From: Heterodontus francisci
Lineage: Eukaryota
Assembly: GCF_036365525.1 (NCBI RefSeq)
Contig: NC_090402.1
Span: forward strand, 15,296,428-15,360,427
Direction: 5' to 3'
DNA length: 64,000 nt
Under the pieces are notes generated by a model. The model did not search any database. It had not been told where the DNA came from and was given only the letters and a program-made list of their open reading frames with translations. Position 1 is the first letter of the stretch, and each line of letters begins with the position of its first letter. Shown here in pieces: positions 51,901-64,000 of this stretch. Position numbers and translations under genes: made by a program.

Positions 51901-54900
51901 ATATGTAGAAAAATAAAATACTGGGGGCAGTGGAATATAACAGTGTCACCTTTTAGCCCAATATGTCAATCCAATTCAGACTGTGGGGATGAAAAGCTCC
52001 TCCCTGAAAGCTTTGAGGGTCCTATATGAGATTAATTTGGGAGGCAGTGTCAACTCATGGGCATAAGTTCACAGGGAATAATGTTCATATTTCAACATTA
52101 AGTTCCTGGTAAAGCCAAGACTATGCGATTCCCTTGTGATTCAGTGAGTATTTTTTTGGATAAGATCGAAGCTTGCTTTTAATTTTTGTTTACATCATAT
52201 GGATGTGTTCTGGCATATCGTGTTTTGTATTCTGACTTATGTGCAATGAATATTACTTTGTTCACAGGAGCAGTCGAGAGTTGTGGACAATTTTACTCGG
52301 GAGGTCAGCGCTGAGGGAGACTGTAAGTTCAACTCCATCAAAACATTATCTGATTTGAAGTTGGTTGCTCAGTTTCTCTTGGTTCTTGAAGGATTGATAT
52401 TTCCCCAGAGTTACCAGTAGAGGTAACACTTCTTTTTAAGGGTGTGACTAATCCTTTGAGGCACTCCACCAGTGGGGTTAGAACAATTTTCAACTGATGC
52501 TAGTAAGTGTGGTTTGCTGCTGCAGATAATATGTTACCAGATTTTTGACTACAGTTCTCTATGCAATTTGCAGATCTTTGGGGTATTGAAAAACAAAGTG
52601 CTTTTCCAGGTATAGATATAATATCAAAAGGCAAGTCAGTGTAGACTGTTAAGTGTCTCCTAGTGTCTAACTACAGAACACCATCAGCAAAAGACTGGGA
52701 GCAGGTTGTTGTGGTATATGGGGCTTTGAATAGGAAAGAAAGTAACATAAAACAGGAATGATCTACAACATTATTGAAGAAATCCCTACTAGAATCATTA
52801 TCAGTGGGAGGTGTGGCTTGAAGGAAGGATCAATATGCGATAAGTGGAAATTGAAAGTCAGTGACTTATAGAATCATTTTGAAATGTAAGGCATTTTCTT
52901 TCAGGGTCAGATTGAAGCTGAATTGGATCGACATTGTGAGCGGTTACTGGCTGGACTGTCTTACTATAAACCTCCCAGGTAATGCTGATACCTCTTGTGT
53001 ACTTAATTACCAATAGTTGGGGTACTGTGTGCCTTAAATGCACTGAACATGGTGAGGTTTATATTCATAGCTGGATAATATGACTTCGTTTTTTCTTGTA
53101 AGGCTGACTAAATTTATTTTCCCCATAGTTTGAGGTATATCTTTGAGAGGGAGATGGGTTGTATAGTATGTGTAAGTAGATGACTAAATGTATTTGTGTG
53201 AAAATTAGCAAATTGGGCAAATAGGTTTTGTCGATGGATATAAATGACTCCAATGGGTTTGTATTGTTGCTTGAAAATGAACAAAACCTATGGGATAGCC
53301 ATTGGGTGTAAATTAACCCAATGTTTGAGTATTCTCAGTGGGTGTGAATGACCCCAGTGGATATGTTTGTATGCTGAGAATACTTCTGATTTTATTTGTG
53401 AAAATTCATAAATAGCCTCTAACTGTTGCAGTTCAGGTCTAGATAGCTTCTTGTTTCTGTTGAGAGTTAAGAAGCTTATCTTCAGATACTGAGGAATGTA
53501 ATTGCTGGAGGTAAAACTCAGGTGAAAGCTGGTTGTTCCTCTTACAGTGTATCCTCTGGGGCGAAGCTAAAGACTGATAAGGAAGTGGTGGTACCGTTGA
53601 AGGAACTTGGGCTACGGATCAGCAAATTCTTGGTGCGTACTGCTATTATTTTAGATGTCAGTGCGTTAGCACTAAGTCTCGTGTTTGGGACTTTTGTTTG
53701 AATCTGATTGAGAAGCAATGGAAATCTCTGTCAGTTGTAACATTCCAAAACTAAATGAGTTTAGGGCCGTTTGAACTCATTTTCAAGTGCTTGGATGCTC
53801 AAAGCACAAAATGACCTAAAATCTTACAGTAATAGTGAAGACCATTTGGCCTATTTCCTTCTTTATTAGAAGGATGACTATAGATGGCTCAAATAAATTT
53901 TTTCATTGCTAAGCTTTTATCATTGCATATTCTTATAAACCAGACCACATGGTTCACTATGTTTAGATTAGTTTCTATCTATCTTCTCATACACAATTCA
54001 AGCTGAGACTTGAAGTTAAATTCCATTGTGTTTGATTTATTATGGCACTTGTTTGTTAAAGCAGAAGTATGAAAAATGCACAGCTTGTTTATTATAATGT
54101 CATTCAGTTGTTCTGATAGTTGATTTATTGTCTTGGACAGAGTTTGGATGAACAGCAGAGTGTTCAAATATTGCAGTCGTATCTACAAGAGGATTACAGG
54201 GGCACAAAGAGCTCAATAAAGGTATGGCTCTTTTGGCGGGCGTTTTAATTGATCAAGCATGGATCACTGATCCCTCTAAATTTTCTTAGTGCGCAGCCTG
54301 TTTATTTCAATGTGCGGTATCTTTAGATTTTTTGCGCAGCCACACGTCTGTGGTGTCTTACAGGGGACAGCTTGTGAGTCAACTGTGTGGTACATTCACA
54401 ATTATTGCACGACCGCGCATGCACGCAGCTTAGTGGGAACATTGACCTGGATGCTTTCTGGAGGAATAAAACTTTGAGGGACAATAGGGCAGCTCATCAA
54501 TGAGGAAGGTTTCCTTACCTCTAGAAGTAATTTTTCACTTGGTGTTACCTCATTTCCTTCCTTTCCATATTAAATAATCTAATGGAATGGATGTGACTAT
54601 GTACGTACCAGCTATTTCTACAATCTTTTGATTTGGTCCAGACTTGAAACCACCAAGTCTAATATTGAAATTGGTAAGTGTTTTGATATGTAGAACTTAT
54701 ACTGACAATTGCAGTTAGAATTAGGATCTGATTCAGCCTTGAATTTCCAGTATAAATCTAACATAAATTCATAGTTGTACTATGTTGCACAAAAAAAATC
54801 TTATTGGGGTGTTGACAGATGGGATTTATTACCATGCAGCTGGTTCATTTGTTTCTTTTGTTCTTTCCAGGTAGTTTTACAGGATGAGAGACAGAGCCAG

Positions 54901-57900
54901 GCCCTACAGCTGAAGGTACATGGTTATGTTTAAGCATAAAAAAATACAGCACCTGTCTGCAGCCAACAAGTCGGGCTGTGATAATGGCGAATGCCGATTC
55001 GATCTCCGCACCCCCCGGAACTCCACTGAGTTCCCAATTTGTTAGTTTTTTTCCCTAGTATGTGCAGTTCCTTTATATTTAAAAATGAATTTGGTCACTC
55101 TTTCTTTCCTATTTCAGTACTTAAGTCAGGAGAGATTGTAACCAATGTCATACAAAAATCTGGAAATGAGTGTAAACATAGCGTTTGGTCACAGTGATCC
55201 GATGCGCAGTTATCTGAAATAAACAATTAAATACAGTTTTATAATTTTCTTTCAGCTCAAACTGGGAGACACTAGGGAAATACTTATATTTTCAGCAATC
55301 TTTCCTTGATGTAATAACATTCTTTATCTATGACAGTGTATTTTCTGATAAACACTTCAGAGGGTTCTAGTTTTCCTTGATTGCCATTGCTTTAACCTGT
55401 CCGCCACAGGCGTGATGAAATCTGCTCGTTCTTTGGGGCCAGAATTACGAATCCAAGCCACCAGACTTATGAAAGCAAAGCCACTTACCTTGACCATGTG
55501 GAAAAAATTGGCCATTTTTGACTTGCCTGCTGATTGCAAAATGCATGGCTTGGATCATTTGGTCTTTCAATGAATTTGAGTTTGTGAAAGGTGAAATAAT
55601 GCATAGAAAAATTGTCAGCTGCACTCAAATTTAAAGCCTAATTTTGTTCTGTTTGAAATGAGCTTGAAAAGTTTTATCTTGAATTTCTATGTGCTCAGAT
55701 TGCAGAATACTATTATGAAGAAAGACTGTACACTCTACGCTGTGTTCTATACCTACTTACTTATTTTCAGGATGAACGACACCCTTACAGGGTGAGTTGA
55801 TTTAATGCAAAAATGTGCTATTCAAGTGAAATTTTAACTGCACTGCTACACTGAAAAGATGTAGTGATACGTTACAGCACCTACTACTGTTTAGAGGCTA
55901 ATACTTTAAGAATTGAGCTACATTCTATATTCCTGTAATTCACGAGTAAATAATACATCAGTGCATAATTTTCATTGATTTTCTGTGAAACTGAAGTCCA
56001 CAATGTTTATAATTGAACTGTGTTACGATCTCAGTAGCGACTGTTAACTTTAAAACAAGAGATATGAACTCTGCAGACCAATTAAAGGATTACACAACAA
56101 GATTTCATGTTTTAAGACTTTTACTATAACAGCTAAACTTGATCATGGAAAAACCACCTGGGCCTTCCAGGTGTTAGCAATTGCAACTGGAATTTGCATT
56201 TTTAGATCCCCGGCTCTCTATTTACGATCTGAGAGTCTGGGAGAATGAAACTCATTGTGCGTTAGGTGTTACAAACTTGTTCCCTGCTTTCAAAAAGGTT
56301 TTTGATCTGGGTTCCTTGTTTCCCTGGTAACTAAGACTTTTATTGTAACATCTAAACTAAAAATCAGCATTAACTAAACAGTACTTAGCTAGCTAATACA
56401 CTAAATTACAGAGAAAGATATTTCCCATTCGTTTATTACCACAGTTGAAAACCCCACACCACATTTACATGTTAGACAGCGTTTTCAGCAAAAAAGTCCT
56501 AAACTCTTCCCATTTGCAATGGGTTGGATCTCCCAATCCTTCTCAAAGCCTATGTCCTGTTTGTTCATTTCTTCTGAGTGCATTCGACCTGGACTTCTGT
56601 TAATAAGGCAATCTCTGGGGACCCTGTTGGTCTTCTCCACAAACCTCAACTTTCGAGTTGGATTCAAGTCGTAGCAGCCTTTTACTGTATCGGTGATCTG
56701 AGAGCAGTTGTCTCTCGCGCTCTCAGTCTTGAGGCTGCTGCTGGTCTTCGTGTCTTCCTTTCAGCCTGCCAAACCTAGGAAAGCTTGTTGAATTTATCCA
56801 GAACAAAAGTCAATAGTTTTTTGCCTTTTACAGTATTGAGTATAAGTCTGACTATAGAAAAACTACCTGTGCCTTCCTTTGTTTCCAGGTGTTAGCAATA
56901 TTAACTCAAATTTGCAATTTTAGAGCCCCTGGCTCCCTATTTATGATCTGAGAGTTGGAGAGAGAAGCCCATTGTCCATTGGGTGTTACAACCTTGCACC
57001 CAGCTTTCAAGAGGGTCTTTGATCTGGGCTCCTTGTTTCCCTGGTAACCAAGTTCTCTAGCTTGTCTCTGGGCAGAATTCATACTGCTTTAAAGACTACA
57101 GTTTTTTAATAACGTAACCATGCTACAAAGTCCAGCATTCGTAACAACTGTGCAAAGATATTATTGGCTATGTTAATTGTGACAGCGGACGAGCTATTTT
57201 TATTGATTTATTCCATAGGTAGAGTATTCAAAATGTGTGGACAAGCTGGAGAAGGAACTGGTCTTGAATTATCGGAAGCAGTTTGAAGAATTGTTCAGAA
57301 CTGAAGCTCCAACTTGGGAAACACATGGGAATCTTATGGTATATAAATTCCCTAAATTTGTATTTGTTTAAATTGATTTTGTATTTTTACCTCACTTCTG
57401 GCAAACTATTATTTCCTATTGCTTTACTTCCTGCGCCACATAGGAAGGCAGAAACATCGTAGTCATAGCTTTTATATGGTCATCGTCCATGATCAGCTGA
57501 CAAAGTGTTTCTGTGGGTCCACACTCCTTATGCTTCTTATCTTCTCATCCTTTGAAACTCAGTGGGAGCAAGTGAACCTCAATTGTTCACCTGTGATTCA
57601 GTGAATAGTTTACTTATCAATAGAGATGTACATATTGCAGCCATTACCATGTAGCTGTTTCTCCAAGCTAAATATTTTGTCTTAATTGTATACTTAATTT
57701 TCTGTATTTTATAGGGAGCATCCTTTTCAGACTCAACCTGAATAAGATATAGTTACTTTTTATGTATAACATGTCAGAAATCTCCAAAGGCTACAGGACC
57801 TTCCATTATTCAGTCACCTGCTCCAAAAATCCTGTTCCGTGATCAGAGTGCACTTAAGTAGAACAGACCATCTTATATTACCTACTTTCACTGTTTTCTG

Positions 57901-60900
57901 TAGACAGAGCGTCAAGTGTCCCGTTGGTTTGTACAGTGCCTAAAGGAGCAGGCCCTTATTTTGGAGATTATCTTCTTATATTATGCCTATTTTGAGATGG
58001 GACCGGAAGATCTCCTGGCTTTCGCACGAATATTTAAAGAGCAAGGATTTGGAGCAAGGCAAACAAACAGACATCTTATAGATGAAAGCATGGATGGGCT
58101 AGTTGATCGTATTGGGTGAGTGTGTGCTGGAGATGAAAAGATTGATGTGCAAATGGTTAAAAGTAATTTTGACATGGTTTGGATTTTTTTAAGTAAGAAT
58201 TTTTGGTTGAAATGTTTTGTGATCTTACAGTGTAGTAACATTATGTGGATATATTTTGAGATATCCAGTGACAAACTGTAGAAAAATAATAGATGTAAAT
58301 TTCATCTCTCATTGAATGTTGCATCCTGCACTGGTACCTAATGTTCTGAAATTACATTTGAAGGTTTGGGGGTTATACTCCACTTACGCTGCAACTTATT
58401 CTGACAACAGTAGGATGTTCCCACTTTCAACCACCCCCTTCCATCTCTGCAAAGCCCATTGGAATGTTTCTTGCTTCCACTGCTGCAACGCAAATGGTGC
58501 TGACCAGTGTGCTAAAGTATATTTGCATACATGTGTTCCACTAATTTCTGACTTAATCATAAGTGAACTTCTGGTTTCATACAAATAGTGAATTGGGCTT
58601 CAATTGAAGATAAATGTAAAATGCAAGGATTGTTACAAAAACTGGAACAGAAAAAAAGAGACAGGGATGTATATTCATTCAGTGTAGCAATTCCATTTAA
58701 AGATAGATTTTGTTTATTCAGCTGTATGCTTTTAACAATTCTGTGCATAATGAATCTGGCCCTTTTGCATAAAATAATACACAAGTGTTTACAGATGGGT
58801 TTCCTTGATGGCTGAGCGAATTGTTTGAATGAGTAGCTGGGCTATGCAGATCAGAAAGGCAACAGGCTCAATTCCCAATGTGACAGATCAAAAATATATC
58901 GTATTGTTGAACACACACACACGTATATTCAGGCCTCTCCTGAAAGCATTCCTAATGTAGAGTTATCAGAGCTGGCTTTGTTTTACAAATGAAATGGCCA
59001 GCTACCATTGTGAGTAGCAATTTTTGGTGCCTGTGAAATCTAGATTTGAGTAATCTAGGTTCGCATGGCAAAAGATATCCCATTGGTTGTCTCCAGGGCA
59101 AGGCTTTAATTGACAGTTCCTGTCCAGACAGGAAAATAGATTCAGCTTTTGACTAACTCAGGTAGTTTTCTACACTGAATCCTGCATAGAGATAAGTACC
59201 TGAAGGCAAGCCAACCTTCTAGAAGTTTTCTTTCGGATGCTGGTCCTAGTTCAATAGTGAGAGTTGGTTGAGACTGCAGTATAATGTACGTGAACTGTTA
59301 CTGGGTAGATAGGGACTTTAAGCATCATCGCAGGATGTGATGTCATGAGTCTGAGCCTCATATTGCTCAGTGCTAATGTACAGGCCTTAGAGATAAGACC
59401 CCTGTAAATAAACTCCTGTTACTTTGACCCAAAGTCTACTACCCTCATTTAATATTAACAGCACACTGACCAGTATAGTACAGAAGCATAGCATCTTTTA
59501 CCACCTTGTGAACTGAGAAGTTGTAGATTGAATGTTGTAATCTGTTAATCTTATTACTAATTTTTACTTTTAATAAATATGATTTGTTGATTATAGTCTG
59601 AGCCCCAGTCTTAAGAGTGGTAATTATTCCATTAACTGACAATTATATTAGCCTAACATCTGTCGTAGAGAAAATGCTAGAATCTATAATAAAGGATGTG
59701 ATAACAGGACACTTACAAAATAATGGTAGGATTGGGCAAAGTCGACATGGATTTATAAAAGGGAAATTATGTTTAACAAACCTGTTAAAGGTTTTTGACA
59801 ATCTAACTAGCAGAATAGATACGGGGGAACTGGTGGGTGTGGAATATTTAGATTTTCAGAAAGCTTTTGATAGGGTCCCACACAAGAGATTGGTAAACAA
59901 AATTGGAGCATGAGGGGATTGGAGGAAATATACTGGCATGGATTGAGAACTGGTTAATGGACAGAAAACAGAGTAGGAATAAATGGGTCATTTTTGGATT
60001 GGTAGGCTGTGACTAGTGGGCTACCACAAGGATCAGTGCTTGGGCCCCAGCTATTCACAATCTACATCAATGTATAGGATGTGGGGATTAAATGTAATAT
60101 TTTCAAGTTTGTAGATGACACAAAACTAGGTGGAAGTGTGAGTTGTGAGGAGGATGCAAAGACACTTCAGTGGGATTTGGAGGGACTAAGCAAATGGGCA
60201 ACAATTTGGCAGATAGAATACAATGTGGAGAAATGTGAGGTTATCCACTTTGGTAGGAAAAACAGAAATAGAGTATTAAATAGTGAGAGGCTGGGAAATG
60301 TTGAATTTCAAAGGACTTGGGTGTCCTTGTTCATGAGTCACTGAAAGCTAACATGCAGGTACAACAAGCAATTAAGGCAAATGGTATGTTGGCCTTTATT
60401 ACAAGACAATTTGAGTATAGGAGTAAAGATGTCTTGCTGCATTTATGTAGAGCCTTTTTGAGACCGCACCTGGAGTAACATAGAAAATAGGAGCAGGAGT
60501 AGGCCATTTGGCCCTTCGAGCCTGCTCCGCCATTCATTATGATCATGGCTGATCATCCAACTCGGTAGTGTGTTCCGGCTTTCGCCCCATACCCTTTGAT
60601 CCCTTTAGAACTAAGAGCTTTCTCTAACTCCTTTTTGAAAACATTCAATGTTTTGGCCTCAACTGCTTTCTGTGGTAGCGAATTCCACAGGCTCACCCCT
60701 CTCTGGGTGAAGAAATTTCTCCTCATCACGGTCCTGAAAGATTTACCTCGTATCCTTAGACTATGATCCCTGGTTCTGGATTCCCCCACCCTCAGGAACA
60801 TCCTTTCTGCATCTACCCTGTCAAGTCCTGTTAGAATTTTATAGGTTTCTATGAGATCCCACGTCACTCTTCTGAAATCCAGCGAATATAGTCCTAACCG

Positions 60901-63741
60901 ACTCAATCTCTCCTCATACGTCAGTCCCGCCATCCCAGGAATCAGTCTGGTAAACCTTGGCTACACTCCCTCTGTACCAAGAACATCCCTCCTCAGATAA
61001 GGAGACCAAAACTGCACACAGTATTCCAGGTGTGGCCTCACCAAGGCCCTGTATAATTGCAGCAAGACATCCCAGCTACTGTACTCAAATCCTCTCGCTA
61101 TGAAGGCCAACTTACCATTTGCCTTTATTATCACCTTTTGCACCTGCATGCTTACCTTCAGCGACTGGTGTACGAGAACACCCAGGTCTCGCTGCATATT
61201 CCCCTCTCTCAGTTTATAACCTTTCAGATAATCTGCCTTCCTGTTTTTGCTACCAAAGTGGATAACCTCACATCTATCCACTTTATACTGCATCTGCCAT
61301 GCATTAGCCCACTCACTCAACTTGTCCAAATCACCCTGAAGCCTCTCTGCATCCTCTTCACAACTCACCCTCCCATCCAGTTTTGTGTCATCTGCAAATT
61401 TGGAGATATTACATTTAGTTCCTTCATCTAAATCATTAATGTATATTGTGAATAGCTGGGGTCCTAGCACCGATCTCTGCGGTACCCCACTTGTCACTGC
61501 CTGCCATTCGGAAAAAGACCCATTTATCCCTACTCTTTGTTTCCTGTCCGCCAACCAATTTTCTATCCATTGCAATAAACTACCCCCAATCCCATGCGCT
61601 TTAATTTTACATGCTGATCTCTTATGTGGGACTATGTCAAAAGCCTTCTGAAAGTCCAAATAAACCACATCCACTGGCACCCCCTCATCAACTCTACCAG
61701 TTACATCCTCGAAGAATACTAGTAGATTTGTCAAGCATGATTTTCCTTTCGTAAATCCATGCTGACTCTGTCCGATTCTACCACTGTTCTCCAAGTGCTC
61801 TGCTAGAAAATCTTTGATAATGGACTCTAGAATTTTCCCCACTACCGACGTCAGGCTGACTGGTCTATAATTCCCTGCTTTCTCTCTACCTCCCTTTTTA
61901 AATAGTGGGGTTACATTAGCTACCCTCCAATCTGTAGGAACTGTTCCAGAGTATATAGAATCTTGGAAGATGACCACCAATGCATCCACTATTTCTAGGG
62001 CCACTTCCTTAAGTACTCTGGGATGCATACCATCAGGCCCTGGGGATTTATCGGCCTTCAATCCCATAAATTTCCCCAACACCATTTCTCTACTAGCACT
62101 GATTTCTTTTGGTTCCTCTGTCTCACTAAGCCCTGTGTTCCCCAACTTTTCTGGTATGATATTTGTGTCCTCCTTTGTGAAGACAGAACCAAAGTATGCA
62201 TTCAGTTGGTCAGCCATTTCTTTATTCCCCATAATAAATTCCCCTGTTTCTGACTGTAAGGGACCTACATTTGTCTTTAATCTTTTTCTCTTCACATACC
62301 AATAGAAACTTTTACAGTCAGTTTTTATGTTCCCCGCAAGCTTGCTCTCGTACTCTATTTTCCCCTTCTTAATCAATCCTTTGCTGAATTCTGAACTGCT
62401 CCCAATCCGCAGGTCAATTTATATGCCTCTTCCTTGGATCTGATGCTGTTTCTAATTTCCCTTGTAAGCCATGGTTTGGCTACCTTTCCAGTTTTACTTC
62501 TGCATTGTATTGTGTGCAGTTTTGGTCTCCTGCCAAAGGAAAGATATACTTGCCATAGAGGTTCATCAAACTAATTCCTGGGATGGAGGGATTTTCCTAT
62601 GAGAATAGACTGGGCCTTTATTTTTTGGAGTTTAGAAGAATGAAAGGTGATCTCATTCAAACATACAAAATTCTTACAGGTCTCGACAGGGTTGATGCAG
62701 GAAGGATGTTTCCCCTGGCTGGGGAGTCCAGAACCAGGGGACACAGTCTCAGAATAAGAGGTAGGCTATTTAGCTCTGAGGTGAGGAGGAATTTGTTTAC
62801 TCAGAGGGTGGTGAATCTGTGAAATTCTCTGCCCCAGAGGGTGGTGGAGGCTTAATCATTGAGTATGTTCAAGACTGAGATTGAGAGCTTTTAAAAACAT
62901 CAAGAGTTAATGGGGATAGTGCAGGAAAATAGTGTTGAAGTAGATCAGCCATGATCTCATTGAATGGCAGAGCAGGCTTGAAGGGCCAAATGACCACCTC
63001 CTGCTCCTACTTATGTTCTTATGAGGGCATGAGGGGGCTTGTTCAGGTTTTAATGAGGACATTTCGGTAATCAGGTTGTTCTGTTCCAGACTGGGCAATG
63101 TTACCTCAGCAGGTATTGTGCATATAAGGTCACACTTTAGTTTGTAGAATACAGAGGGTTATTATGTGAGTGCTCCTTTGCACTAATTACCTGAGAAGCC
63201 TCTGGTGAATGCCCAATGGTTGTAATGCCTAGCTTGTGATTTCAAATGGGTTGGTAGTAAATGCACTACATCCCCTGGGTCAAGGAGGGGGCACTCGTTC
63301 AGCATCCTGACCTCTTCTGGAAGTTGTGGACGTGATTGGGCTCATATTTGATGCACTTTCTGAGGAACAATGATTTAACACACTTTCCATGTTACACATG
63401 AATAGCAGGGTGATTGGTGTCCATGTTAATGTGTAAAGGTTTAATTAGCCTCAGTTCTCTTTTTTGAATATTTGTTACTCTTTGCATCTCCAATTTTAAC
63501 TGTGGGAAATTTGAACAGTTTAAACGTTACAGTAAAGGCTTATGTCTGAATATATACATACATTCTTATATTGTAGATCCTCTACCCATCGTATTCAGGC
63601 ATAAGAGCTCTGACCTTTCTCTATAGGTATTTCAGCACATTGATCCTGGTAGAAGGAATGGACATTGATTTCCTACATAAATGCGCTCTAGAGGAGCGAG
63701 TAGAGCAACATCAGTTTGCTAACGCTCGGGAAGTTTGCCAG
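45934..63741 (+). CDS. NUP188: Nucleoporin NUP188, 5' part. Exons: 45934-45965, 52268-52322, 52905-52978, 53548-53632, 54141-54221, 54871-54915, 55699-55791, 57219-57338, 57904-58115, 63627-63741; continues beyond the window
   Basis: The spliced peptide MAAAAAGPYVRSSRELWTILLGRSALRE...YLQEDYRGT...LQDERQSQAL...EAPTWETHGNLMTERQVSRWFVQCL...YFSTLILVEGMDI matches NUP188. Introns are GT-AG with consistent phases. Confidence 0.96.
47140..47719 (-). mobile_element. V-SINE/HE1-like SINE interrupted by an RTE fragment
   Basis: Reverse complement of the SINE at 9971. Confidence 0.85.
47236..47483 (+). mobile_element. RTE-clade LINE 3' end
   Basis: Encodes FFCSTCGRACHSRIGLYSHSRRC* and has a (gaa)n tail. 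It is flanked by a 19-bp duplication ACATTAATCCCATATTCCT. Confidence 0.8.
47806..48950 (+). mobile_element. Degraded CR1 RT and 3' end
   Basis: SGVPQGSVLG, LYSLEFRRMRGDLIE. Confidence 0.88.
49734..49970. mobile_element. Penelope-like inverted terminal insertion forming a 100-bp-arm palindrome
   Basis: Arms 49734-49833 and 49835-49934 with one mismatch. Confidence 0.85.
51075..51820 (+). mobile_element. Penelope-like retroelement 3' end with an inverted pseudo-LTR
   Basis: GIY-YIG C-terminal-like peptide HLLNNPECA...FKMIS...LLEATYIHTQGPVLFRQKE, and a ~260-bp inverted repeat (51080-51350 vs 51570-51815). Confidence 0.75.
52268..52322 (+). CDS. NUP188: NUP188 exon 2
   Basis: SSRELWTILLGRSALRET, cag/gtaagt. 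Confidence 0.95.
52905..52978 (+). CDS. NUP188: NUP188 exon 3
   Basis: GQIEAELDRHCERLLAGLSYYKPP. Confidence 0.94.
53548..53632 (+). CDS. NUP188: NUP188 exon 4
   Basis: PLKELGLRISKFL. Confidence 0.94.
54141..54221 (+). CDS. NUP188: NUP188 exon 5
   Basis: SLDEQQSVQILQSYLQEDYRGTKSSIK. Confidence 0.94.
54265..54444. mobile_element. hAT-type MITE
   Basis: Imperfect 15-bp TIRs CACTGATCCCTCTAA / TTAGTGGGAACATTG and a degenerate 8-bp TSD (gcatggat/acctggat). Confidence 0.65.
54871..54915 (+). CDS. NUP188: NUP188 exon 6
   Basis: VVLQDERQSQALQLK. Confidence 0.94.
55699..55791 (+). CDS. NUP188: NUP188 exon 7
   Basis: IAEYYYEERLYTLRCVLYLLTYFQDERHPYR. Confidence 0.95.
56021..57146. mobile_element. 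Solo LTR (Gypsy-like) with an internal ~190-bp direct duplication
   Basis: TGTTACGA...TCGTAACA termini with a perfect 4-bp ACTG TSD. Confidence 0.8.
57219..57338 (+). CDS. NUP188: NUP188 exon 8
   Basis: VEYSKCVDKLEKEL...EAPTWETHGNLM. Confidence 0.95.
57904..58115 (+). CDS. NUP188: NUP188 exon 9
   Basis: TERQVSRWFVQCLKEQ...VDRIG. Confidence 0.96.
59640..63020 (+). mobile_element. CR1 RT/3' region split by a nested antisense CR1
   Basis: YLDFQKAFD and KFVDDTKLGG. It breaks at ctggagta (60478) and resumes at gtattgtgtgcagttttgg (~62507). Confidence 0.85.
60479..62503 (-). mobile_element. Young 5'-truncated CR1 with a 471-aa open RT frame
   Basis: ORF 60961..62376 (KSPGPDG, NYRPVSLTS, YLDFQKAFD, KFADDTKL), with a frameshift into 60553..60933. 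Confidence 0.93.
63627..63741 (+). CDS. NUP188: NUP188 exon 10
   Basis: YFSTLILVEGMDIDFLHKCALEER...EVCQ. Confidence 0.94.
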
Positions 63742-64000
63742 GTAACCTTTTTTCACTATATGTTGAGTGCAGTGTAATGTGAGAGGAATAGAGTGGAATA
63801 GCAATTATCTCTTGTCAGCATGGCTTATTTAATTCGGGGCACATCATGGCATTGTTTGGTATTGTGATCAGGTTGACATTGTGAAATTTGTGAGCTTTAT
63901 GACTTTCACTCAGACAATTGAGCATTAAAAGTGGGTTTCTCTTCTGCAAGTGCTTGCTGTTGATTTCAGGTGTCACAGTATTTTTTCCTAGCTCTTTATG

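Noticed and set aside
60961-62376. Host gene encoding a reverse transcriptase
   Set aside because: It is a 5'-truncated CR1 ORF2 with a downstream frameshift and an altered PQGS motif (PQRS).

Overview
Vertebrate genomic DNA, most likely a cartilaginous fish (shark), judged from the repeat families. It carries the conserved block LRRC8-family gene (+, single coding exon 3511-5919), PHYHD1 (+, 11 coding exons, 289 aa as assembled), DOLK (-, single coding exon) and NUP188 (+, first 10 coding exons, head-to-head with DOLK). This is the gene order of human 9q34.11. Most intergenic and intronic space is CR1 and CR1/L2-group LINE fragments, tRNA-derived SINEs (V-SINE/HE1-like and DeuSINE-like), Penelope-like hairpins, two solo LTRs and MITEs. 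Two things stand out. (1) The LRRC8 gene in the LRRC8A position is not LRRC8A-like: it is a divergent LRRC8D-like paralogue with an unusual pore-filter sequence. (2) A ~3.5 kb SWIM-finger-encoding element bounded by an 11-bp inverted repeat ends 26 bp upstream of the probable PHYHD1 start codon and brings a dense NRF1/CRE motif cluster with it. All homology calls come from remembered protein and repeat features; no database searches were run.
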